Shown: piece by piece, positions 7,925 to 16,657 of the stretch
Layout: every line of letters begins with the position of its first letter
Numbering within the stretch: position 1 is the first letter of the stretch
Program-made: the position numbers and the translations under genes
Virus record (IMG/VR): IMGVR_UViG_3300020120_000128
Span: 1-42,670 of that record
Reading direction: 5' to 3' (one strand)
DNA: 42,670 nt
Source of the DNA: a virus
Taxonomy: Duplodnaviria > Caudoviricetes
The notes under the pieces: generated by a model
Database searches by the model: none
Told to the model about the DNA's origin: nothing
Seen by the model: only the letters and a program-made list of their open reading frames with translations

Positions 7925-10402
7925 ATGATATTAGATTTTCACGCTCAGACCAAGGCGTTTACGCTGACCGTGGCGCGCGGCGAAGCCAGCGTGCGCGATC
8001 TGATGACCATGCACGGCCTCGACCTGTCCTCGCCGCTGTCCGACTCGCACAAAGCCGTCCTCTATACCCGCGAATCATATGCGGCTGTCGCCTTCTTCGA
8101 GCACGCCACTGCAGCGGCCAAGGCCGAGCTGATGAGCCTGAACGACCAGGTGGCCAAGTCCTGGGCGACTAGCAGCACCCGGCATATCGACGTGCCGGCG
8201 GACAAGGAATTGAGCCCCTTTCAGGTGGCCGGGGTGGATTACGTGTTGAGCATGGGCAATACCCTGATCGGCGATCAGCCGGGGCTGGGCAAGACGATGC
8301 AGGCCATCGCCGTCGCCAATGAGATGCAGGCCGAGCGCGTGCTGGTGGTCTGCCCGGCCAATATCCGGCTGCAATGGTGCGAGAGAATCCGAAGCTGGAC
8401 GACGATGAAATGGCCCTACACTGTGTACCCCATCCTGCATGGCCGCCGCGGCGTTCACCCCAATGCGGAATGGACCGTCATCAGCTATGATCTCGCCCGG
8501 TCCGAAGTGATCTGGCGCCAGCTTGCCTCCGCCAAATATGACCTCTTGATACTGGATGAAGCCCATGCCCTCAAGACCATCGATGCCAAACGAACTCGAA
8601 CAGTGTTTGGAAGGCATGATAGTCAGACCATGCCGGCGCAAGCTCTTGCCGAGCGAGCTACTAGAGTGTTGGCGCTCACAGGTACCCCTCTGCCAAATCG
8701 ACCCCGAGAGGCCTACACCTTGGCCCGAGGGCTGTGTTTAGGGGCAGACACGCGTGTATTGACTCATCTCGGCGTTAAGCCTATAACGGCTGTCCTGAAG
8801 ACAGACCTGCTATGGGATGGCGTAGAATGGGTAAAGCACGCAGGCGTGATAGCGAAGGGCCAGCAGTTGACCCTGCGAGCGGGTGGCCTCTCGGCGACGC
8901 CGGGCCACAAGGTACGCGTTGGTGGTGGCTGGAATACCTGGCAAAATGTCCTGGGCGACGTAAGCATCCGGTCCCAAGCATTGGAGACAGGTTCGGCGAG
9001 CTTGAGGTCATTGGCTACGCTCCGGGTAAGGGAGGCATTTGTCTCGCAGTCCGCTGCTCATGCGGAAGCCCCCCATACCGAGTTACACAAAATAATGTCC
9101 GCGATGGGCGAAGCCTCCGCTGCCAAATATGCAGAAATCGTCAACTCCCTCATACGAGCACCAGATATGTACTGGGGGGCCCGGATGACCCTCGCCTCAG
9201 ACGGCTGCTCCTTAGCCGCATCTCTAGTATCTGTGGACGATGTGAGAATCCCAGAGACCGAGGTTACGCATGGTATGGAGAGCGTGGCATCAGGGTGTGG
9301 CCGGGCTGGTTATCAGACCGAGGGGCCTTCCTTGACTACATCTGGAAACTGCCCGGATGTGGCACTCCCGGCTACCAACTCGACCGCCGAGAAAACTCAA
9401 AAGGCTATGAGCCGGGCAACCTTAGATGGGTATCTGCAACGGTCAACGCCGGAAATAAGCGCACAGTTACCGTTCTGGAGCGCCGTATCCGAGAGCTTGA
9501 ATCCCGTCTTCGACATTGTGAATGCGGGGCCGCGACGGCGGTTCACTATCCAGACTGACGCTGGCCCGCTGGTAGTCCACAACTGCTGGGACAGCATCGA
9601 CTGGATGAGCGAGGACCGCTTTACCGAACGCTTCAATCCTTCAGAGCAGCGGGAGACCCCGGATGGCAAGACCTACATTGACGAACGTTCTGGTCGTCAT
9701 TTTGAGCTCCAGGCACGCCTACGTGCGAACTTCATGGTCCGACGGCTCAAGCGAGACGTACTCCCTCAGCTCAAGGTGCCTTTCCTGGACATTGTTCATG
9801 TGGAAGAGACTGGGGCTATTAAGCAGGCTCTGAAGGCGGAGAAGCTGCTCGACATCGACCCCGAGGACATGAGCGGGCTCGACATGTCGGTCCGGGGCCA
9901 AGTCTCGACGGTGCGCCGGATGATGGGGCTGGCGTTGGCGCCGCTGGCCGCCGACTATATCGAGATGCTCCTCGATGGCGGCGAGGAGAAGATCGTGGTC
10001 TTCGCCTGGCATATCGAGGTGCTCGACATCCTGATGGCCAAGCTGCACCGCTTCAGCCCGCTGCGCATCGACGGCTCGACCCCGGCCACACGCAAGCCCC
10101 AGATCGTGGCGCAATTCGCGACGCCGGGGCACCGGCTACTGGTCGGCAATATCCTCAGCATGGGCACCGGCACCGACGGCTTGCAAGAAGCATGCCAGAG
10201 GGGCGTGGCCGCCGAGTCAAGTTGGGTGTCAGGCGATAACGAACAGATGGTTGACCGGCTTGACCGCATGGGGCAGCACGGCCAGGTGCTGTTCGATTTC
10301 CTGGTGGCGCCGGGCAGCTTCAGCGAGCATGTGCTGGGATCTTCACTGCGCAAGAGGAAGATCACGCATTCGGCACTAGATCAGCGGCTAGATGACTGGT
10401 AG
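7925..10402 (+). CDS. SNF2-family (SF2) DNA helicase containing an intein
   Basis: Start reassigned to ATG 7925 (GAGGGG RBS). DQPGLGKT, LILDEAH, LALTGTPLPNRP, KIVVFAWH, QMVDRLDRMGQ motifs; ends in RLDDW. Confidence 0.93.
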   Translation: MILDFHAQTKAFTLTVARGEASVRDLMTMHGLDLSSPLSDSHKAVLYTRESYAAVAFFEHATAAAKAELMSLNDQVAKSWATSSTRHIDVPADKELSPFQVAGVDYVLSMGNTLIGDQPGLGKTMQAIAVANEMQAERVLVVCPANIRLQWCERIRSWTTMKWPYTVYPILHGRRGVHPNAEWTVISYDLARSEVIWRQLASAKYDLLILDEAHALKTIDAKRTRTVFGRHDSQTMPAQALAERATRVLALTGTPLPNRPREAYTLARGLCLGADTRVLTHLGVKPITAVLKTDLLWDGVEWVKHAGVIAKGQQLTLRAGGLSATPGHKVRVGGGWNTWQNVLGDVSIRSQALETGSASLRSLATLRVREAFVSQSAAHAEAPHTELHKIMSAMGEASAAKYAEIVNSLIRAPDMYWGARMTLASDGCSLAASLVSVDDVRIPETEVTHGMESVASGCGRAGYQTEGPSLTTSGNCPDVALPATNSTAEKTQKAMSRATLDGYLQRSTPEISAQLPFWSAVSESLNPVFDIVNAGPRRRFTIQTDAGPLVVHNCWDSIDWMSEDRFTERFNPSEQRETPDGKTYIDERSGRHFELQARLRANFMVRRLKRDVLPQLKVPFLDIVHVEETGAIKQALKAEKLLDIDPEDMSGLDMSVRGQVSTVRRMMGLALAPLAADYIEMLLDGGEEKIVVFAWHIEVLDILMAKLHRFSPLRIDGSTPATRKPQIVAQFATPGHRLLVGNILSMGTGTDGLQEACQRGVAAESSWVSGDNEQMVDRLDRMGQHGQVLFDFLVAPGSFSEHVLGSSLRKRKITHSALDQRLDDW
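8735..9583 (+). mobile_element. Intein (283 aa) in the helicase
   Basis: Begins CLGADTRVLTHLGVKPI (block A), has ATPGHKV (block B, TxxH), ends VFDIVNAGPRRRFTIQTDAGPLVVHN followed by Cys+1; splicing restores ...ARGL-CWDSIDW. Confidence 0.92.
8812..9558 (+). CDS. HNH-type homing endonuclease in an alternate frame inside the intein
   Basis: IGDRFGELEVI...RCSCG...CQIC...GRCENPRDRGYAWYGERGIRVW...LDRRENSKGYEPGNLRWVSATVNAGNKR matches the common phage HNH-like endonuclease pattern (YGGRGI...LDRIDN..GY.P.N.RW). True start uncertain. Confidence 0.85.
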   Translation: MGWRRMGKARRRDSEGPAVDPASGWPLGDAGPQGTRWWWLEYLAKCPGRRKHPVPSIGDRFGELEVIGYAPGKGGICLAVRCSCGSPPYRVTQNNVRDGRSLRCQICRNRQLPHTSTRYVLGGPDDPRLRRLLLSRISSICGRCENPRDRGYAWYGERGIRVWPGWLSDRGAFLDYIWKLPGCGTPGYQLDRRENSKGYEPGNLRWVSATVNAGNKRTVTVLERRIRELESRLRHCECGAATAVHYPD

Positions 10403-10424
10403 AACTGTAGGGGAGGACAGGAAG

Positions 10425-10661
10425 GTGGTCACAGTGGACGCTGATCCGATTGGGGTAATCCTGAATTTCATGGTGGCGGCGCAAACGGTGCTGGCTATAT
10501 ACGGCACTCCCGAGGAGCCGATAGACCCCTCTTCCTGCTGCAAGGTTCTCGCCGTGCTGCTGGAGGATCCTGATCTTCTGAAGGCGCAACTGGCCCTGGC
10601 CCCCAAAACGACGCATGTGACGATCCTCGGGGAACAAAGTCACACTTCGTTCGTTTTCTAA
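10425..10661 (+). CDS. Hypothetical protein
   Basis: GGAGGACA RBS at 10412-10419 favours GTG 10425 over ATG 10392. Confidence 0.6.
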   Translation: MVTVDADPIGVILNFMVAAQTVLAIYGTPEEPIDPSSCCKVLAVLLEDPDLLKAQLALAPKTTHVTILGEQSHTSFVF

Positions 10662-10704
10662 ACGCCGGAGGCCAGCTTTCGGCTTCTATGTGGAGGACAC
10701 CACT

Positions 10705-10962
10705 ATGTCATACGTTCAAAGACCGCCGATGAGCAAGAAGGAGCTGCTGAACCGGCTGCTCTCCAGCGACTTCAAAGGCGTCCAGAGCCTCGCCCCCGAT
10801 GTCCAGATCATCCGTGAAGGCCCCAGCTCGCTGAAGCTGCGCTTCGACGGCATCGACCGCACCTACATCCTGACCGCGCATATCCCGCGCAAGGAGGAAG
10901 AGTGGGAGGCGCCATTGCCCCCTAAGCAGCGCCTCAAAGGCAAGCTGGGGCTAAAACACTAA
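10705..10962 (+). CDS. Hypothetical protein
   Basis: GGAGGACA RBS at 10692-10699 places the start at ATG 10705 (MSYVQRPP...). Confidence 0.7.
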   Translation: MSYVQRPPMSKKELLNRLLSSDFKGVQSLAPDVQIIREGPSSLKLRFDGIDRTYILTAHIPRKEEEWEAPLPPKQRLKGKLGLKH

Positions 10963-10977
10963 AACGAATTTTCCCTC

Positions 10978-11006
10978 TTGCTGTGGGGTAATTGTCATGG
11001 TAAGGG
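10978..11006 (+). promoter_or_regulatory. Possible promoter for the replication operon
   Basis: AT-rich upstream tract, TTGCTG-N17-TAAGGG, overlapped by two GGGG(A)TAATT motifs. Confidence 0.45.
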
Positions 11007-11045
11007 GGATAATTCAATTCTGAGATCCGCTTTGAGGAGGACACA

Positions 11046-11681
11046 ATGCCCGCTAACATTACATCCATCACCGTCTGCTTTGGCAACGGGACAAAAAGGG
11101 AAGAGTACGCCCCAATCAAGAAGGCAGAGGTGACAATCACTGCCGCTGTCGCCGAGGGCGAAGACGGCGCCGTGGTGCTGTCGCAGATCAGCCACCTGGC
11201 TTTGGCCAAGGTTGCCGACATGCTCAGCGCGCCTCGACCGGCTACCACTGCGGAAGCGCAGGCGGCCCTGCAAGACCGGGATGAGATGCTGATGCCGGAG
11301 ATCAAGGAGGCACAGCAGGCTGCCGCGGGGGAGCCCCCAGCGCGCCGCACGCGGGCGCCGAACAAGCCCAAGGAAGAAGCAGCCCCAGCCTCTCAGCCGA
11401 GTTCGCCCGTCTCGGAAGAGCCGAAGCCAGAGCTTATCCTTACGGCCCAGGAAGAGGCACAGGACGAATGGGCCGCCGGACCCGACGCTACGCCCGTAAC
11501 TGACCAGGAACTGCTCTCGGCCACCAGCAAGCGCGCTGGCGAACTGGGCGCGCGTGAGCCGATCGTCAAGCTGATCGCCAGCTTCGCCACCCGCACCGAG
11601 GGCGCCCCGTTCAAGGTGCAGGAGATCCCCGCCGCGCAGCGCAAGGACTATTTGGCTAAGCTCGCCAAGCTGACGGCTTAA
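11046..11681 (+). CDS. Hypothetical replication-module protein (Ala/Pro/Glu-rich linker, helical C-terminal domain)
   Basis: 211 aa, GAGGAGG RBS; occupies the usual position upstream of DUF2800-DUF2815-polA. Confidence 0.8.
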   Translation: MPANITSITVCFGNGTKREEYAPIKKAEVTITAAVAEGEDGAVVLSQISHLALAKVADMLSAPRPATTAEAQAALQDRDEMLMPEIKEAQQAAAGEPPARRTRAPNKPKEEAAPASQPSSPVSEEPKPELILTAQEEAQDEWAAGPDATPVTDQELLSATSKRAGELGAREPIVKLIASFATRTEGAPFKVQEIPAAQRKDYLAKLAKLTA

Positions 11682-11764
11682 CGAAGTTAGGCGGCGATGC
11701 TGTTCAATGCCAGCAATCCCAGGACTAGGCCTCTACTGCCGCCTAACACATGGAGGACAAGACC

Positions 11765-12955
11765 ATGACCGAGATGAAAGAGATCCGCCCCGCGCATAGC
11801 CCTTTGGGGGCCAGCGGCGCCGAACGCTGGATGAATTGTGCTGGCAGCGTCACACTGCTCAAGACGCTGGGCGAGGATCTGTCGGATGAGCCTGACTATC
11901 GCCGCGAGGGCGTGGCCATGCACGAAGCCGCGGCGCATGCGCTGGAGCAGGGCGACGGCAGCATGGACGCCTGGGAGCTGGTAGGTCTGGAGTTCAACGC
12001 CACGGTGATGACCCCCGATCTGGCCGACCCGATCCAGACCTATCTCGACTATTGCCGCAGCCTCAAGGGGCATCGCTTTATCGAATACCCGATCAGCAGC
12101 CCGGTACACCCCAACTTTTACGGGACGCTGGACTTCGGTGCGGTCGACAAGGATCTGTTCAGCGGCTACACGATCGAGATTGTCGATCTCAAGGGCGGCC
12201 AGGGTATCATGGTCGAGGTGGCGGATAACCCCCAGCTCAAATACTACGCCTTCGGCATCATCGACGGGCTGGAGCGCCACAGCGGCAATGTCTTCGCCGA
12301 TGAGACGCCGGTCGGCATCTCGATCGTGCAGCCGCGCGGTCATCATGCCGACGGTCCGGTGCGCCGCTGGGAAACCACGGTCGGCGCGATCAAGGCATGG
12401 GTGCATGGCGAACTGGTGCCGGCGATGCGGGCGACCGAATACGACCAGAGCTTGACCGTGGGTGAGTGGTGCCGCTTCTGCCCGGCCAAGCTGGCCTGCC
12501 CGATGCTGACCAGCTTGTTCAAAGCCGGCGCTCTGGCCAATGCCCAGCACCTGCCCGACATGAGCGATGAAGCCATCGGCCTGAATTACAAGCTGGCCGC
12601 CGGGGTGAAGCATTACATCAAGGCGCTGGAACTGGAGGCTTACAACCGGGCGATGCGCGGGCATGACCAGAAGGCCCTGGGCGGCAAGCTGGTACACAAG
12701 AAGGCCAACCGGGTCTGGAAGGACGGCGCGGTCGAGATGTTCAAGCAGCGCTTCGGCGACGACGCCATGACCGAGCCCCAGTTCAAGTCCCCGGCCGAGA
12801 TGGAGAAGGTGCCGGCAGCCAAGGCGCTTGTCAAAGAGTTCGCCTACACGCCGACCAGCGGCCTGACCTTTGTGCTGGAGAGTGCTTCTGGCGCGGCCGT
12901 AGAGGTCACTGCTCCCGCCGATCGCTTTGCCGCGATAGAAACAGGAGAGTGGTAA
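11765..12955 (+). CDS. Cas4-like PD-(D/E)XK exonuclease (DUF2800 type)
   Basis: HSPLGASGAERWMNCAGS, EGVAMHE, YGTLDF, IVDLKGG, NPQLKYYAFG, IVQPR, WCRFCPAKLACP; start set by the GGAGGACA RBS; ends in IETGEW. Confidence 0.88.
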   Translation: MTEMKEIRPAHSPLGASGAERWMNCAGSVTLLKTLGEDLSDEPDYRREGVAMHEAAAHALEQGDGSMDAWELVGLEFNATVMTPDLADPIQTYLDYCRSLKGHRFIEYPISSPVHPNFYGTLDFGAVDKDLFSGYTIEIVDLKGGQGIMVEVADNPQLKYYAFGIIDGLERHSGNVFADETPVGISIVQPRGHHADGPVRRWETTVGAIKAWVHGELVPAMRATEYDQSLTVGEWCRFCPAKLACPMLTSLFKAGALANAQHLPDMSDEAIGLNYKLAAGVKHYIKALELEAYNRAMRGHDQKALGGKLVHKKANRVWKDGAVEMFKQRFGDDAMTEPQFKSPAEMEKVPAAKALVKEFAYTPTSGLTFVLESASGAAVEVTAPADRFAAIETGEW

Positions 12956-13116
12956 TGAGCAGCTTTGTGCGAACAATCCAGCGTGCGGCCACCCGTAAGA
13001 AATACTTTGGCGGCCGTGGGTCTAGACTTGGCGTCGTCAACCCAAATGAGACTTGCGCTAAGCGCCGAAGGCTTCGCGAAGAGGCTTTGCAAAAGCTGCG
13101 CGAGAGTCTATCATAG
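12955..13116 (+). CDS. Small basic hypothetical protein (53 aa)
   Basis: Below the ORF-track cutoff; TAATG overlap and AGGAGA RBS; MSSFVRTIQRAATRKKYFGGRGSRLGVVNPNETCAKRRRLREEALQKLRESLS. Confidence 0.6.
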   Translation: MSSFVRTIQRAATRKKYFGGRGSRLGVVNPNETCAKRRRLREEALQKLRESLS

Positions 13117-13156
13117 TTTCGTTGAACGGGCTGCGGCCCATAGCAGGAGAGCCATC

Positions 13157-13861
13157 ATGGCACAGCAAGCACAAGAACGTATCCAGTTCGACAGCATGGT
13201 CCCCTGGACCGGCGCCTTCCTCTACCTCGACAAGCCCGCCCCGGTTACGGCGTCGGCGCGCGAGGTGCCCAAGTTCAGCGCCAACTTCGAGATCGACAAG
13301 GGCAGCAATGAAGAGAAGCGCATCCGCGCAGCGATCATGGAGTGCGCCCGCCAGAAGTGGCCTAACCTCGACATCGGCGCGGCAATCCGCGACAAGAAGC
13401 TCGGGGTGCCAATTCACGACGGCGACGGCATGGCCGACAAGGCCAAGGCTAACAATGAAAACCCCGGCCATAAGAAGTACGGCAAGAAGCAGTTCCGCGA
13501 GTGGTCACGCGGCAAGACGGTGCTGATCGCCCGCAGCAAGGATGAGTATCCCCCCGCTGTCACCATCCGTGAGAACGGCCAGATCACCGAATGCGAGACA
13601 CTCGACGCCGTGGCCCGGATCAAAGGTCGGTTTCTCTACACCGGCGTCCAGCTTCTGTTTGGGGTCAAGCTCTCCGCCTATGATGGTGTCGGCGCCAATG
13701 GCCTGCCCGGCGTTACCGCCTATCTCGAAGCGGTCGAGAGCCTGGGGGTCGGCGAGAAGCTGATCGCGGCCAAGGACCGCACCGAGCGCTTCCGCGGCTA
13801 CGTGGGGCTGGCAAAAGATGAAGATCCGACTGGCGGCGCAGCCGCTGGCAGTGATTGGTAG
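13157..13861 (+). CDS. Single-stranded DNA-binding protein (DUF2815 / gp2.5-like)
   Basis: AGGAG RBS before ATG 13157; PKFSANF, PIHDGD, YTG, AYD...GVTAYL motifs; lies between the nuclease and polA; flexible tail ending in GSDW. Confidence 0.8.
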   Translation: MAQQAQERIQFDSMVPWTGAFLYLDKPAPVTASAREVPKFSANFEIDKGSNEEKRIRAAIMECARQKWPNLDIGAAIRDKKLGVPIHDGDGMADKAKANNENPGHKKYGKKQFREWSRGKTVLIARSKDEYPPAVTIRENGQITECETLDAVARIKGRFLYTGVQLLFGVKLSAYDGVGANGLPGVTAYLEAVESLGVGEKLIAAKDRTERFRGYVGLAKDEDPTGGAAAGSDW

Positions 13862-13893
13862 CATCGTACACGTGTGAGTCTACCAATAGAGAA

Positions 13894-13937
13894 GGGCCGC
13901 CCTGTGATCGCCGTCCCGGGCGGCCCGACTTTCTTCT
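13894..13937 (+). terminator. Terminator-like hairpin after ssb
   Basis: GGGCCGCCC / GGGCGGCCC 9-bp stem followed by GACTTTCTTCT. Confidence 0.45.
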
Positions 13938-13948
13938 GAGGGATAATC

Positions 13949-14341
13949 ATGGGCGATAGCTGGACGCCAGAGCAGCACCGAGTCTATGGCCGGGCTTGGT
14001 ATGCGGCCAATAGGGCGCGCCACAACGCCCGCATAAAAGCGCATCGGGAGGATAATGTGGTTGCTACTAGGAGGGTCCGGTTTAAGTCTCGCCTTAAGCA
14101 GACTTACGGCCTGACGCTCGAAGAGCACGAACATATGTGGTGGGAGCAGAACGGCTGCTGCAAGATCTGCCACGTACCTGAAGCTGAAGCGCCACGCGGC
14201 TGGCTCGCTATCGATCACTGCCACGATACCGGACGGGTCCGGGGTCTGCTGTGCAACAACTGCAACGCCCTCCTGGGCATGGCCAAAGACCGCCCCGAGA
14301 TCCTTGATGCGGCAAAGGCTTACTTATGCCAAGATGGGTAG
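13949..14341 (+). CDS. Endonuclease VII-family (probable homing) endonuclease
   Basis: YGLTLEE...QNGCCKIC...LAIDHCHDTGRVRGLLCNNCNALLG...AYL. Confidence 0.9.
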   Translation: MGDSWTPEQHRVYGRAWYAANRARHNARIKAHREDNVVATRRVRFKSRLKQTYGLTLEEHEHMWWEQNGCCKICHVPEAEAPRGWLAIDHCHDTGRVRGLLCNNCNALLGMAKDRPEILDAAKAYLCQDG

Positions 14342-16356
14342 TTCCTGATTTTGAAACTAGCAGCCAGTGTGATCTGGGCTCGGCCGGCTCCTACCGCTAT
14401 GCGGTCGACCCGACCACGGCGTTGCTGTGCTGCTCCTTTACCTTCGATGACGACCAGACGATTCTGTGGTGGCCGGATGAGCCACTCCCGCCGCGGGTGC
14501 TGACCGCCATCGCCAAGGGCGCGATGTTCGTCGCGCATAACGCCGCCTTCGAGCGCAACCTGTGGACGCAGCACATGGTGGCTTACCACGGCGCTCCCGA
14601 GATCCCGCTCCGGCAATGGTGTTGCACCATGGCCCGCGCGCAGCAGCTTGCTTTGCCCGGCAGCCTCGACAAGCTGCTGCTGGCGCTGGGTATGCCACTG
14701 GTGAAGGATAAGGAAGGCCGTGCGTTAACTCTATCTTTCTCAAAGCCGGATAGGAAAACCGGAATGCTCCCCGGCCTTACACAAAAGGCACGGGCGCGCA
14801 TTGGCCAATACTGCATGAGCGATACCGGCAGCCAGGTGGCGGTGCACCGGCGGCTGGGCTGGCTGTCCGCGCATGAGCGGCCGATCTGGGAGCTAAGCCA
14901 GACGATCAACGACCGCGGCATCCTGCTCGACATGGACTTCGTGCGGGCTGCCCAGATGATCGTCGACAAAGCCACGGAGCCTTTGGCCGCCCGCTTCAAG
15001 GTCTTGACCGGCGGGCTGAACTTCGGCCAGATCGCCAAGGTCAAGGACTGGGTCAACCGCCACCAGGTGGGGACGCTGCCGTCCATGCTGGCGGCTGACC
15101 TGACGAGTGAGACGGTCTCCAGACTTCTCGGCGAAGAAGTTGACAGCGACGATGACGCAGAGCCAGAATATGAGACCGAACCAGAACAGGATCACCTCCC
15201 TTCCGCAGTGCGCGAGGCATTGCATATCAGACATCTCATAGGCAGTTCAAGCATAAAGAAGCTGAAAGCGATGGAAGCCTGCGTCGGCTATGACGGCCGC
15301 GCCAGAGGGTTGTTCCGCTACCACGGCACCACGCCGGGGCGCCAGACCGCCGGGCTGTTCCAGCCGCACAACTTCCCGCGCGGCACCAATGAGACGATCG
15401 GGCTGGAAGTCGACGCCAAGGTCGACGCCATCATGACCGGAGACCCCGACTGGGTGAAGGCGGTCACCGGGGTCGAGCCGGTCGAGCTGGTAGTCGGATC
15501 CTTGCGCCATGCGATCAAGGCGGCACCGGGCCGGGTGCTGATGTCGGGAGATTATAGCGGCATCCAGGCGCGCACCGTACTCGCCATTGCCGGGCAGCAT
15601 GACAAGACTGCGCTGATGGCCGCTGGTGCTGATGTCTATTGCGACATGGCTATGAGCGTCTACGGGCGCACAATCACCAAGGCTGATACTGCACAGCGCC
15701 AGCTTGGCAAGGCCGCTGTGCTCGGGCTGGGGTTCCAGATGGGGGCGCCGAAGTTCCGGGCGACGGCGGCCAAGCAAGGCAGCGTGCTCGATCTGGACTT
15801 TGCCAAGGCGGTGGTCGACACCTACCGCAGTGAGTGGGCGCCGCTGGTGCCGAAGGTCTGGTATGGGCTTCAAGGCGCCGCTACGGATTGCGTCTGGTCT
15901 GGCGAAGAGCAGGAGAGTCACGACATCCTCTACCGACTGGAAGACAAATGGCTGGTGGCCGAGATCCCGAACGGCTCGACGATCGCCTATTACGACCCGC
16001 AGCCGGTAACACGCAAGATGCCATGGTCGACCGAGGAGCAGCCGGATTACCGCAAGGGCTTCACCTACCGGGTCGAGAAGCAGGGGCGGCTGATTACCCG
16101 CGACGCCTTCGGCGGGCAGCTGACCGAGAACATCGTCATGAAGATCGAGCGCGAGATGGTCGAGAACGCCAAGCGCAAGCTGGAGGACAACGGCTTCTGC
16201 CCGATCATGGAGGTGCACGACGAGATTGTCTGCGAGCCGCTGACCCGCGATCTTGACAGCTTCCAGGTCATCATGGAAGACGTGCCGCGCTGGGTGCGCG
16301 AGATGAAGATCCCCGTTCATGTGGACGTGTGGGCAGGTGATAGGTACAGGAAGTAG
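14326..16356 (+). CDS. polA: Family A DNA polymerase with 3'-5' exonuclease (APSE/SPO2-like)
   Basis: Exo I DFETSS, Exo II AHNAAFE, Exo III YCMSD; polymerase motif A GDYSGIQAR, motif B RQLGKAAVLGLGFQMG, motif C VHDE. Confidence 0.95.
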   Translation: MPRWVVPDFETSSQCDLGSAGSYRYAVDPTTALLCCSFTFDDDQTILWWPDEPLPPRVLTAIAKGAMFVAHNAAFERNLWTQHMVAYHGAPEIPLRQWCCTMARAQQLALPGSLDKLLLALGMPLVKDKEGRALTLSFSKPDRKTGMLPGLTQKARARIGQYCMSDTGSQVAVHRRLGWLSAHERPIWELSQTINDRGILLDMDFVRAAQMIVDKATEPLAARFKVLTGGLNFGQIAKVKDWVNRHQVGTLPSMLAADLTSETVSRLLGEEVDSDDDAEPEYETEPEQDHLPSAVREALHIRHLIGSSSIKKLKAMEACVGYDGRARGLFRYHGTTPGRQTAGLFQPHNFPRGTNETIGLEVDAKVDAIMTGDPDWVKAVTGVEPVELVVGSLRHAIKAAPGRVLMSGDYSGIQARTVLAIAGQHDKTALMAAGADVYCDMAMSVYGRTITKADTAQRQLGKAAVLGLGFQMGAPKFRATAAKQGSVLDLDFAKAVVDTYRSEWAPLVPKVWYGLQGAATDCVWSGEEQESHDILYRLEDKWLVAEIPNGSTIAYYDPQPVTRKMPWSTEEQPDYRKGFTYRVEKQGRLITRDAFGGQLTENIVMKIEREMVENAKRKLEDNGFCPIMEVHDEIVCEPLTRDLDSFQVIMEDVPRWVREMKIPVHVDVWAGDRYRK

Positions 16357-16357
16357 C

Positions 16358-16657
16358 ATGCCAAATCCTCAGAGACAAAAAGGGGACAGGTTTGAACGCC
16401 AGTGCGTGGACCGGCTCAAGGAGCTGGGGCTGGAGGCCCAGCGGGTGCCGCTGTCCGGTGCGGCCGGCGGCCTGTTTGGCTCTGACATTGTAGTCGCCGG
16501 CCACAAGATTGAGTGTAAGACCCGTAAGAGAGCATGGACGGATCTTTTCAACTGGCTTCCCGGCAACCACGCGCTTATGATTAAGGCCGATCGGACCGAG
16601 ACACTGGTTGTCATGTCTCTGGAAACTTTCGCGGACATGCTAAAAGGGTGCTGGTGA
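16358..16657 (+). CDS. Hjc-type Holliday junction resolvase
   Basis: KGDRFER...RVPLSGA...SDIVV...IECK; start at ATG 16358 just after the polA stop. Confidence 0.82.
   Translation: MPNPQRQKGDRFERQCVDRLKELGLEAQRVPLSGAAGGLFGSDIVVAGHKIECKTRKRAWTDLFNWLPGNHALMIKADRTETLVVMSLETFADMLKGCW

Noticed and set aside
11690-11737. GGCGATGCTGTTC resembling the start of a fluoride riboswitch
   Set aside because: The pseudoknot partner and the conserved 3' segment are absent, and no fluoride-related gene follows.
11765-12955. Cas4-like nuclease as evidence of CRISPR-Cas
   Set aside because: No repeat-spacer array or other cas genes; it is the standard nuclease of this replication module.
12965-13156. N-terminal extension of the SSB ORF in the track
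   Set aside because: The RBS supports ATG 13157, and the interval is better explained by a separate 53-aa gene at 12955-13116.
11687-16359. Minus-strand ORFs of 429 and 370 aa opposite the nuclease and polA
   Set aside because: Antisense to well-supported genes; no motifs.
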